This document shows positions 39,888-48,111 of a stretch of DNA of 64,000 nucleotides, piece after piece (the first letter of the stretch is position 1; every line of letters starts with the position of its first letter). The position numbers and the translations under genes are program-made. Source of the DNA: Pseudomonadota bacterium (GTDB lineage Bacteria; Pseudomonadota; Alphaproteobacteria; Rhodobacterales; Rhodobacteraceae). The notes below the pieces were generated by a model. It searched no databases, was not told the DNA's origin, and saw nothing but the letters and a program-made list of their open reading frames with translations. The DNA lies in the NCBI GenBank assembly GCA_039191495.1, contig JBCCXN010000015.1, positions 45,968 to 109,967 of the forward strand, read 5' to 3'.

Positions 39888-41750
39888 TTAACTGACGCCC
39901 GCTCTCTCCAGCTTTTCAAGTGCTTGCATCCAGATGTTCTCGGCCCGGTCCAGTGCCTCCATGACTTCGGCGTATTTGCGATTCCACACTTCCAACTCGC
40001 CAATGTTTGAATCTTCGTAAAGCGCCGGGTCGGCGAGTTTGTTCGCGAGTTTGTCACGCATCTCGTTCAGCTTGTCGACGCGCGCTTCTGATTTGCGCAC
40101 TTCAGCCCGCATCGCCAGCACCGCATCACGCGAGAACGCTTTAGGTTTTGGCGGGGTTTTGGTTTTTCCAGCCGACTTGCTGACCGGTTTGGCAGCCGCC
40201 AGCAACATGCGCCGGTAACTTTCCAGATCGTCTTCGTACGGTGTCACGGTGCCGTTTGAAACGAGCCACAACCGGTCTGCGACCATCGACAAGAGGTGCA
40301 TGTCGTGGCTGACCAGGATGACAGCACCAGAATAACCTGCGAGAGCCTCCACAAGGGCTTCGCGGCTTTCAATGTCAAGGTGGTTTGTCGGCTCGTCAAG
40401 GATCAGCAGATGTGGCGCGTCCAGCGTGGCCAGCAGCAGCGACAAGCGCGCTTTTTGTCCGCCCGATAAGCGCCCAACTTCGGTTTCGGCCTGTTCCGGG
40501 CCCAGTCCGAAACCTGCAAGTTGCGCCCGCAGTTTCGCAGGCATGATACCGGGGCGCGCGGCGATCATGTGTTGCAATGGCGTTTCGTTGACACGCAGTT
40601 CTTCAACCTGATGCTGCGCGAAAAAACCGATCCTCAGCTTGGAAGATTTGACCGCCTTGCCGGACATCAGCACAAGGCGGTTCGACAAGAGCTTGGACAA
40701 TGTCGATTTGCCTTGTCCGTTCTTGCCCAAAAGCGCGATGCGATCATCCTGGTCAATGCGCAGATTCAACCGGTTGAGCACAGTCGTCTCGCCGTAGCCC
40801 GTGGACCCGCCCTCGATAGAGATGATCGGTGGCGACAGCGCTTCCGGCTCCGGAAACGTAAAAACGCGCTTTGCCGCCTGTTCCGGCGTTGCGATCATTT
40901 CCATTTTTTCCATGGCCTTGATACGCGATTGCGCCTGTTTCGCCTTTGAAGCCTTGTAGCGGAAACGATCCACAAACGACTGCATATGCGCCCGCCGTGC
41001 CTGCTGCTTCTTGGCCATCGCTGCCTGCACGGCCATGCGTTCTGCACGCTGGCGTGCGAATTGATCGTAGGGGCCTTGGTAAAACGTAAGCCGCCGGTCT
41101 TCCAGATGCAGGATGCCACCCACCGCGCGGTTGAGCAGTCCGCGGTCGTGGCTGATGATGATGACGGTGTGCGGGTAGCGCGACAAATACGCTTCGAGCC
41201 ACAGCGCGCCCTCAAGATCCAGGTAGTTGGTTGGCTCGTCCAGTAGCAACACGTCCGGCTGCGCAAAGAGCACGGCGGCCAGAGCCACGCGCATACGCCA
41301 TCCGCCGGAAAAGTCGGAACAGGGCTGAAGTTGCTCCTGGTCATCAAATCCTAGGCCCTTGAGGATGGTTGAGGCGCGCGCCTCGGCCGACCATGCGTCG
41401 ATGTCCGCAAGCCGGGTCTGTATCTCTGAGATACGTGCAGGATCTTCTGTGCGTTCCGCCTCTTCCAGCAAGGCTGCGCGTTCGGTATCAGCCGCTAGAA
41501 CTGTGTCGAGCAAGGACGTGGACGAAGATGGCACTTCTTGCGCGACCCCGCCGATTTTGGCGCGGGTGGGCAGAGAAATCGCCCCGCCATCCAAGGTCAG
41601 TTCCCCGCGTATAAGACGAAAAAGCGTTGTTTTGCCCGCGCCATTGCGCCCGACAAGTCCAACTTTGTGTCCCTCGGGGATCACGGCGCTGGCCTCCTCC
41701 AAAAGAGGGCGGCCATCGATACTGAAGCTAATGTCCTGAATGCGCAACAT
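39888..41750 (-). CDS. ABC-F family ATPase (YheS/YbiT-like)
   Basis: Start at MLRIQDISFS (ATG 41750). Two ABC cassettes (GRNGAGKTT / FSGGWRMRVAL / LLLDEPTNYLD and GKNGQGKST / LSGGQKARLSL / LILDEPTNHLD), no TM domain. Confidence 0.88.
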   Translation of the reverse strand: MLRIQDISFSIDGRPLLEEASAVIPEGHKVGLVGRNGAGKTTLFRLIRGELTLDGGAISLPTRAKIGGVAQEVPSSSTSLLDTVLAADTERAALLEEAERTEDPARISEIQTRLADIDAWSAEARASTILKGLGFDDQEQLQPCSDFSGGWRMRVALAAVLFAQPDVLLLDEPTNYLDLEGALWLEAYLSRYPHTVIIISHDRGLLNRAVGGILHLEDRRLTFYQGPYDQFARQRAERMAVQAAMAKKQQARRAHMQSFVDRFRYKASKAKQAQSRIKAMEKMEMIATPEQAAKRVFTFPEPEALSPPIISIEGGSTGYGETTVLNRLNLRIDQDDRIALLGKNGQGKSTLSKLLSNRLVLMSGKAVKSSKLRIGFFAQHQVEELRVNETPLQHMIAARPGIMPAKLRAQLAGFGLGPEQAETEVGRLSGGQKARLSLLLATLDAPHLLILDEPTNHLDIESREALVEALAGYSGAVILVSHDMHLLSMVADRLWLVSNGTVTPYEDDLESYRRMLLAAAKPVSKSAGKTKTPPKPKAFSRDAVLAMRAEVRKSEARVDKLNEMRDKLANKLADPALYEDSNIGELEVWNRKYAEVMEALDRAENIWMQALEKLERAGVS

Positions 41751-41888
41751 ATGATTTGCACTGAACCACTGGCGCAGCCATGTCAATGCGGGTCATGCGC
41801 GGCCAATCGTCGAGCGATTTATACTCTTTTCGAGCGCGGACACCCGTGTTAGACGCGCCGCAAATTCAATCTTTACCGGAGAGCTTCT

Positions 41889-42311
41889 ATGGCCCTTGAG
41901 CGCACCCTGTCCATCATCAAACCAGATGCCACCCGCCGCAATCTTACTGGTAATATCAACGCCAAATTCGAAGCGGCCGGTCTGCGCATTGTTGCACAAA
42001 AGCGCATCCACCTCACCAAAGCGCAGGCCGGTGTTTTCTACGCCGTGCATGCGGAACGTCCGTTTTACGATGAATTGTGCGAGTTCATGGCGTCTGAGCC
42101 GGTGGTGGTGCAGGTCTTGGAGGGCGAGGGTGCGATCGCCAAGAACCGCGAAGTCATGGGCTCCACCAACCCCGCGGACGCAGAACCGGGGACTATTCGC
42201 GCGGAATTCGCTGAAAGTGTTGGAGAAAACTCAGTTCATGGTTCCGACGCACCGGAAACAGCTGCCCTGGAGATTGCATATTTCTTCTCCGGCCTGGAAT
42301 TGGTTGGCTAA
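41889..42311 (+). CDS. ndk: nucleoside diphosphate kinase
   Basis: [14 protein letters not shown]... and [10 protein letters not shown] active-site His motif; 140 aa. Confidence 0.95.
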   Translation: MALERTLSIIKPDATRRNLTGNINAKFEAAGLRIVAQKRIHLTKAQAGVFYAVHAERPFYDELCEFMASEPVVVQVLEGEGAIAKNREVMGSTNPADAEPGTIRAEFAESVGENSVHGSDAPETAALEIAYFFSGLELVG

Positions 42312-42337
42312 CGGCGGCGCTGTTCTCTGCGAAACCG

Positions 42338-42365
42338 GGGTCAGCTATTTGGCTAGCCCTTTTTT
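42338..42365 (+). terminator. rho-independent terminator candidate downstream of ndk
   Basis: GGGTCAGC-tatttg-GCTAGCCC forms 8 pairs (one mismatch, one G-U), followed by T6. It overlaps the last codons and stop of the convergent TfoX_C gene. Confidence 0.55.
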
Positions 42366-42694
42366 GGTTCGACGGGAAGGACCCCAATTTCATTCATAAT
42401 GCGTTCGAAACCATCTTTTTGCGTATCGAGCGCTTGCGCCTTTATGGCATCAAAACGCTTGCGCAACGCCTTCTTCTCTTCGCCCCGACAATCGTTCCAG
42501 GGCCGATCCTGAAGCCCCATCACCAAAACGTAATAGCCTATAAAGTGTGGTCGCATACCATTGCGCAAAAGCCGCGCATAGGTGTTGTCGGCGCCGAGCG
42601 ATCGAACGTCTTGCGCGGATAAAATACCTGAATTCACGCAAGCCGCTTCAAAGGCCGGGCCAAGATTGCGAATGGAGGAAACCGGGTCTGGCAT
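42353..42694 (-). CDS. TfoX/Sxy C-terminal-domain-only protein
   Basis: 113 aa. IRNLGPAFEAACVNSGILSAQDVRSLGADNTYARL helix-hairpin-helix-like pattern of the TfoX_C domain. No TfoX N-domain. Confidence 0.65.
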   Translation of the reverse strand: MPDPVSSIRNLGPAFEAACVNSGILSAQDVRSLGADNTYARLLRNGMRPHFIGYYVLVMGLQDRPWNDCRGEEKKALRKRFDAIKAQALDTQKDGFERIMNEIGVLPVEPKKG

Positions 42695-42740
42695 ACGCGG
42701 AGTTTAGTCGGATTTGCGAGCCGCCGCCATTCGTTTGCTG

Positions 42741-42851
42741 TCAAATACTGGCATAATCCGTGATAGGAGGCGTTTGCGCCGTCGGTTGCGGTGTGGCCGG
42801 CGTTTGCGGTTTTGTCTCTTTCGTCGGTTTGGGGTCCTTTTTCTCGGACAT
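42741..42851 (-). CDS. candidate 36-aa Lys/Pro/Thr-rich small protein
   Basis: ATG 42851 with AAAGGA 9 nt upstream. Product MSEKKDPKPTKETKPQTPATPQPTAQTPPITDYASI. Below the ORF-track cutoff; found by hand translation. Confidence 0.3.
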   Translation of the reverse strand: MSEKKDPKPTKETKPQTPATPQPTAQTPPITDYASI

Positions 42852-42965
42852 GCGAACGGTCCTTTCTGATTTCAGACGCAGGTGCATCTGATTTTCAGCG
42901 TGTCATGGGTTTCTGCCGTTCAAGAGGCCCACAAATGGCCAGACTTGGGCTTTCCGATGCAATTC

Positions 42966-43931
42966 TCAGGAAAACCGATAGGTGGTCTTTTGCTCGTATG
43001 CATCGCCTGCGGCAAGCGTGATCGATGGGAAACCTGGTTGATTTGGGGCATCTGGCCAGCCTTGAGGCTCAAGGGCGATGCCGGCGCAGGGCCCAAGGAT
43101 CTGGCCCGCATGCATTGCGACGGGTTCTGCGGAAAGCCCGATGCCATTGTAAACTTGCAAACCCGGTTCGGTGGTCAGGATGTCAAGCGTCACGCCGTCT
43201 TCACCCGTCAGTGTCGCGGCGTGCTCCGCCGTCGTGCAGCGCGCTATGTTCAAACAGTAATTTGTATCGAGCGCGCGATCGGTGGGCACGACGCGTGGCG
43301 TTCGAAAGTCGTACTCAGAACCGTCGACCCGCCTGACATCGCCGTTGGGCAGATTATGATGTGAAACAGGCAAATATCGTTCCGCCATGACGTGCAGGCG
43401 ATGCGCCGAAATATCGGCGTTCGTGTCAAGCGTCCAATACGGGTGATGCGCAAGGTTCATAACCGTGTCTCGGTTACTTGTTGCACGTAGCGTAAAATGC
43501 AGGGCCGCTTCTTGCGGGTCCAGCCTGTACCGTATTTCTACGGCACGTTCCCCTGGTAGGCCATTGTCCCCGTCAGACAGGGCACAAGACAAGCGCACGG
43601 AGCTTTCCGACAGATCGGTGACGTCCCAGTCGCAGGCGTGCAACCCACGTGGTCCACTGTGCAGACAGGCTGTGCCTTCGTTTTGCGGCATTTGATAAAT
43701 CTGCGCTGCAATTCTGACCTGACCCAGGCTGATCCGATTGGCAACGGGTCCGACCACAGCCCCCATATACGTCAAGTGGTTTCGATACGCCGAAGGGTCC
43801 GGAGACCCCAGAACCAAGGAACGGGCGCGCCCGGCAAGCCACAGTCCCGAAAGGCTCGCACCGCGTGGGACAATCGCGGCCTGCACGTGCTTCGAACGAA
43901 GCTTGATCATCTCAGGGACCGTCGAACGCAT
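42966..43931 (-). CDS. aldose 1-epimerase (galactose mutarotase-like)
   Basis: Mutarotase-like pattern (...GPVANRI..., ...NLAHHPYW..., ...GIALEPQGWPDAPN...). Start uncertain (ATG 43931 or GTG 43952). Confidence 0.8.
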   Translation of the reverse strand: MRSTVPEMIKLRSKHVQAAIVPRGASLSGLWLAGRARSLVLGSPDPSAYRNHLTYMGAVVGPVANRISLGQVRIAAQIYQMPQNEGTACLHSGPRGLHACDWDVTDLSESSVRLSCALSDGDNGLPGERAVEIRYRLDPQEAALHFTLRATSNRDTVMNLAHHPYWTLDTNADISAHRLHVMAERYLPVSHHNLPNGDVRRVDGSEYDFRTPRVVPTDRALDTNYCLNIARCTTAEHAATLTGEDGVTLDILTTEPGLQVYNGIGLSAEPVAMHAGQILGPCAGIALEPQGWPDAPNQPGFPSITLAAGDAYEQKTTYRFS

Positions 43932-43979
43932 AGCGCAAGCTATACATTGCACTTTTTGTGTTGGCCATCGTGTCTGTTT

Positions 43980-44654
43980 TCAAAGTGCAACCTGAGGCGG
44001 AACATAGGGCCCGCTCTCTATGTAATGTCCTACGCATTGGTTCTTCTTACTCAGGCCGGAGTTGAATACGAACCGTTTCAACAGCTCAGTTTGGAATTCG
44101 AACTCACGCGCTCGGTCTTTCAGATCCGCGCTTACACGCCGCTCCTGCATCAGTTGCGGCACGTCCAACGTTCGGCAGATATTGAGGATTGGCAGACAAA
44201 TCTCCTCCAGCACACTCATTGCCAGCTTTTCGCTGTACGACGCGTGATACTCCTGCAGACCTACGTCTGACTTAAAAGCAGGCGTTACGGCGCCGACGAA
44301 TTCCTTGAACCGCACAATCGCGCTGCGTGAGCCGTCTTTAATGTCCGACACCATCACGCGGGCGCCCGCAAGGATCAATCCGGGCAATTCGACGAGAAAA
44401 TCGGGGAGCGAAAGAACATGTGCGCCATCCGGAAGATTGCGAAGGCTGACACGTATGGCACTTGATAGCCGCTCTACCAGAACATCCTCCATCGGGTTGT
44501 TGTCATGAAACGAAATCCGGTTACGGAATCCGCGCCCCACCACATCGCAGGAGCGCAAGGAAACGACATCCTGATCATGGAGCAAAAAGCTGAAAGTTAC
44601 GGATCGATCCGACAAATCGGACGGCAATGGTTGGGTCTCAGGTAAGCTATTCAT
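43980..44654 (-). CDS. hypothetical protein, no recognisable domain
   Basis: 224-aa ORF with no competing long ORF on the other strand. Low GC like the neighbouring CheB/CheR gene. No SD seen. Confidence 0.55.
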   Translation of the reverse strand: MNSLPETQPLPSDLSDRSVTFSFLLHDQDVVSLRSCDVVGRGFRNRISFHDNNPMEDVLVERLSSAIRVSLRNLPDGAHVLSLPDFLVELPGLILAGARVMVSDIKDGSRSAIVRFKEFVGAVTPAFKSDVGLQEYHASYSEKLAMSVLEEICLPILNICRTLDVPQLMQERRVSADLKDRAREFEFQTELLKRFVFNSGLSKKNQCVGHYIESGPYVPPQVAL

Positions 44655-44718
44655 GAACGTGCACCGCGCTCTGTAAAATATAAAGTGATCATGCGCGGCT
44701 GGCGTAGGAAAAGAGTAA

Positions 44719-44800
44719 ACCCACCGTACGCTGGGTGTTGCGCGGCGTCGTTTCGTCTGGCGGGAACAATTTCAATCGACGCAACCAAAAGTTGCCGATT
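44719..44800. promoter_or_regulatory. two dyad-symmetric elements in the divergent intergenic region
   Basis: ACCCAcCGTACGcTGGGT (44719-44736, 16/18 palindromic) and AATCG-ac-GCAAC-caaaa-GTTGC-CGATT (44775-44800). Confidence 0.35.
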
Positions 44801-44868
44801 GCAGCGGTCGATGCCATAACCTAAAACGACTTCGGCAACGGGCAGGCAGAGAGGCGGGGGCTGGCATT

Positions 44869-47800
44869 TTGAATAAGGACGACAAAGACATAACGATCAT
44901 CGGCATTGGATCATCCGCCGGTGGTCTCGAAGCGATACGTGAACTGGTTGCCACTCTGCCAACAAACCTGAATGTTGCCTTTGTGGTTGTGCAGCACATG
45001 TCGCCGCATCACAAAAGCCTAATGACAGAATTGGTCGCGCGGCAGACAAGCCTGAAGGTGGAGGATGTCAAAGACGGGGTCGAACCGCAACCAAGCGTGA
45101 TCTACGTGACGCCGCCCAACACGGATATAGTCTACGATGACGGCATGCTTCATTTGGTAGAGCCCAGTCATGAAGTGGCCTCGCCGAAACCGTCCGTTGA
45201 CCGTTTTCTGCTGAGCCTTGCCGACAAACATGGCGAAGACAGCATGGCGGTAATTCTCTCGGGCACAGGTACGGATGGTGCCTACGGTGTGCAGGCCATT
45301 CGCGAAGCAGGCGGCATCACGATCGCGCAAGACACTGAAAGTGCAAAGTATGATGGTATGCCGATGGCGGCCATGCAAACGGGTTGTGTGGATCTGGTCT
45401 TACGCCCATTCGAAATCGGCACTCATCTGCAGAAAATTCTCACATCAGCGCGCGACTTTGACTCCTTTCGTCAAGAGGCGTCGGAAACCAGTCCCACATC
45501 TGACCTGCTGCAGATTCTTCTGGCGCGGACACGCGTAGATTTTCGCGAATACAAACAAACAACAATCAATCGCAGGATCGAACGACGCATGCTGGCATTG
45601 GGAATCGAAAGCCATGAAGAATATACACAGTTTTGCCGGGTGAATCCGAATGCGGTCGATGCGCTTTTCAAAGATCTGCTAATCTCTGTTACGCGTTTTT
45701 TTCGTGACAAATCTGAGTTTGAGCAGCTCAAAGAAATGCTTCCCGGATTGCTGAAAAAGAAAACCAATACTCCCTTTCGGGTATGGGTGGCCGGCTGCGC
45801 AACGGGCGAGGAAGCCTACTCTATCGCTATTCTTTTGGCCGAGGCTTTGGGCGGCCCGACTGTGCAATTGAAAGACCATGTGCAGATATTTGCAACAGAC
45901 ATTGACAAGGATGCCCTCGAAGTCGCGCGCAAGGCGGTTTACGGAATGGCGGCGCTGAACGACATCCCCCGGGACCTCGCGGATCGGTACTTCTTGCAGC
46001 AAAACGACGGGATAAGAGTGATCGATTCACTTAGGTCGGCAATTCTCTTTTCGGATCACAACGTTTGTCAGGACCCGCCATTTCAAAAGGTGCAGCTTTT
46101 GTGTTGCCGCAACCTGCTGATATACTTTGGAAACGCCTTGCAGCACAAAGTCATGTCACGGTTTCATTATGCTATGACAGAGACGTCGCTGATGTTTCTG
46201 GGCACTGCCGAGACGGTGGCCGGCTCCGACGAGCTTTTTATCCAGGACAGTAACTCCGCGCATATTTATCGTCGTCGTTCCATCCGCCGCAACGAACAAA
46301 CGCCCTTTGCAAACACGCGGGCGGTCCCCACCGCGCGCAAAATAGCTCCGGTGCCGACGACGCAACCGGCGGCGCAATCCACCGAGCGTCAGATGTTTGA
46401 AGCACTCGCGCAAGCGTTGGGAAAAAACTCGATTTTGGTCACCGAAGATTATTCGATCGTGCGCGTTTTCGGAAATGTCAGCGCCTACATCGAGATGAGC
46501 GACGCAAGCAACCTGAAAATGCACGTTGATTTGTTGCGACGACCATTCCGCGAAGAGGCACGCAGTCTTGTGACGCTGGCGCTTAAACATGATGAACACC
46601 GCAGCGGCGTGCGCCATCTGTTGGCCGAAGACGCAGACGAGGAAATCCGTCTGGATGTGTACCCTATCATTGCGCGCGACATCAATGAGCGGGCAGCCCT
46701 TGTGGTTTTCAGTGAGGTCCAGGTCGACCGTGCCAAGGATGTTGGCAACGGCACAAAGGAGGGCGGAACGGACATTGAAGATGATCGCATTCGCCTGCTT
46801 GAGGATGAGGTCGCGACAACGCGGGAAGCTTTACAGCAAACCATTGAAGAACTTGAAACATCCAACGAAGAGTTGCAATCGCTGAACGAAGAATTGCAGT
46901 CAACCAACGAAGAATTGCAGGCCACCAACGAAGAGCTTGAAACCTCGAACGAAGAACTGCAATCGACCAACGAGGAGCTGATCACCGTCAACGAAGAATT
47001 ACAGGTAACGGCGGCGGAGCTTAGCGGACGCACCGGTGAGTTGATGTCGGTTTTGGAGACGGCGCCGCTCGCCATCATGGTACTCGATACGGCGCTTCAG
47101 ATCTCTCAGGCGACGAATGCCGCCGCATATATGTTCAATCTGACCCTTCCGGTGTCCAATCCACATATCAGCCAGTGCGTATTGCCTGAAAACTTTCCGT
47201 CCCTCGCGCCAATCTGCAATGAAACGCTGAAACTGGGTGAGCCGATTTCAAAAGAGTTCACAACCGGCGGATCGCGATACAAACTGACCAGCTCTCCGTT
47301 TTTCGATATGCGGGGTCAGATCAAGGGCGTGACAATGGTCGTCTCTGAATTCCCGGGCCTTGCGCAGGAACTGGACCTGATCCTTGATCATGGCGAGGTC
47401 TTCATGCTGAACCGGGCCAAAGACGGAACCATCCTGCGGATCAGTGAAAAATGTGCGAAACTCATTGGCACAACGAGATCCAAGGCAGAAGGTGCCAATT
47501 TCTTCAACATCGCTCCACCCGCATTTGCAACCATTGCCCAAGAGAACGACGACAAACTAACGCAAAGCACGAATGGGCATTTGCGCGACGTTGTTAAACT
47601 TGAATCGCGGAGCGGAGCACCCGAAGGCTGGCTCAATATCGAACACTTCCTGTTCTATGATCCTGCAGTCGACGAGCCCTCTATATACACAGTGGGTCAG
47701 GATATAACTGAGGTCGTGGAAACCCGCGATAAATCAGAAGATTCTCTGGCGCAATTGATGTTGCTCCAGGAGCTCGCCAAGGTGGGTTTCTGGTCCGTTG

Positions 47801-48099
47801 ATCTGGAGGATCAATCGGTTTTCTGGTCAGATGAGGTCTTTCGAATTCATGAACTGGAACCGGGAGACTATCGGCCAAGCCTGAAAGAGGGTCTGGACTT
47901 TTATCATCCGGATGATCGTGAAAAGGTCGCGCAGGAAGTCGAGCGGGTGACGCAAAACGGGGGCGAGTTCCATTTTAAGTTGCGCATCATCTCGGCCAAA
48001 GAAAACACGGTGACGGTGGAATCTTTCGGACTGGCGCGCAAGGACAAAACGGGCTCAGTAAGCCGCATTATTGGTGTCTTTCGTGCACTCGCGGAGTAG
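44869..48099 (+). CDS. CheB methylesterase - CheR methyltransferase - coiled coil - PAS fusion protein without kinase or other output domain
   Basis: TTG start (GAGGCGGGGG upstream). CheB-like [13 protein letters not shown]...VVQHM...GTGTDG. CheR-like FFRD...[15 protein letters not shown]. Seven to eight xxNEELQ heptads. C-terminal PAS-like repeats ending ...[11 protein letters not shown]...RIIGVFRAL. Confidence 0.85.
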   Translation: MNKDDKDITIIGIGSSAGGLEAIRELVATLPTNLNVAFVVVQHMSPHHKSLMTELVARQTSLKVEDVKDGVEPQPSVIYVTPPNTDIVYDDGMLHLVEPSHEVASPKPSVDRFLLSLADKHGEDSMAVILSGTGTDGAYGVQAIREAGGITIAQDTESAKYDGMPMAAMQTGCVDLVLRPFEIGTHLQKILTSARDFDSFRQEASETSPTSDLLQILLARTRVDFREYKQTTINRRIERRMLALGIESHEEYTQFCRVNPNAVDALFKDLLISVTRFFRDKSEFEQLKEMLPGLLKKKTNTPFRVWVAGCATGEEAYSIAILLAEALGGPTVQLKDHVQIFATDIDKDALEVARKAVYGMAALNDIPRDLADRYFLQQNDGIRVIDSLRSAILFSDHNVCQDPPFQKVQLLCCRNLLIYFGNALQHKVMSRFHYAMTETSLMFLGTAETVAGSDELFIQDSNSAHIYRRRSIRRNEQTPFANTRAVPTARKIAPVPTTQPAAQSTERQMFEALAQALGKNSILVTEDYSIVRVFGNVSAYIEMSDASNLKMHVDLLRRPFREEARSLVTLALKHDEHRSGVRHLLAEDADEEIRLDVYPIIARDINERAALVVFSEVQVDRAKDVGNGTKEGGTDIEDDRIRLLEDEVATTREALQQTIEELETSNEELQSLNEELQSTNEELQATNEELETSNEELQSTNEELITVNEELQVTAAELSGRTGELMSVLETAPLAIMVLDTALQISQATNAAAYMFNLTLPVSNPHISQCVLPENFPSLAPICNETLKLGEPISKEFTTGGSRYKLTSSPFFDMRGQIKGVTMVVSEFPGLAQELDLILDHGEVFMLNRAKDGTILRISEKCAKLIGTTRSKAEGANFFNIAPPAFATIAQENDDKLTQSTNGHLRDVVKLESRSGAPEGWLNIEHFLFYDPAVDEPSIYTVGQDITEVVETRDKSEDSLAQLMLLQELAKVGFWSVDLEDQSVFWSDEVFRIHELEPGDYRPSLKEGLDFYHPDDREKVAQEVERVTQNGGEFHFKLRIISAKENTVTVESFGLARKDKTGSVSRIIGVFRALAE
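46843..47010 (+). repeat. in-frame 21-nt tandem repeat (8 units) encoding (S/T)xNEELQ heptads
   Basis: Units AACGAAGARTTGCANNNNNNN begin at 46864, 46885, 46906, 46927, 46948, 46969 and 46990, with a degenerate unit at 46843. All are in frame with the CheB/CheR ORF. Confidence 0.9.
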
Positions 48100-48111
48100 C
48101 GCGCTCCTGGG

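Larger units (their letters stand above)
43980..48099. other. low-GC islet (putatively horizontally acquired)
   Basis: Hand counts of 60-nt lines: 44041-44100, 45541-45600 and 47701-47760 each have 27/60 G+C. Flanking lines 10501-10560 and 48301-48360 have 35/60. Confidence 0.55.

Noticed and set aside
46843-47010. Regularly spaced 21-nt repeats considered as a possible CRISPR-like or minisatellite array
   Set aside because: The units are contiguous with no spacers, in frame, and encode coiled-coil heptads of the CheB/CheR-PAS protein. There are no cas genes.
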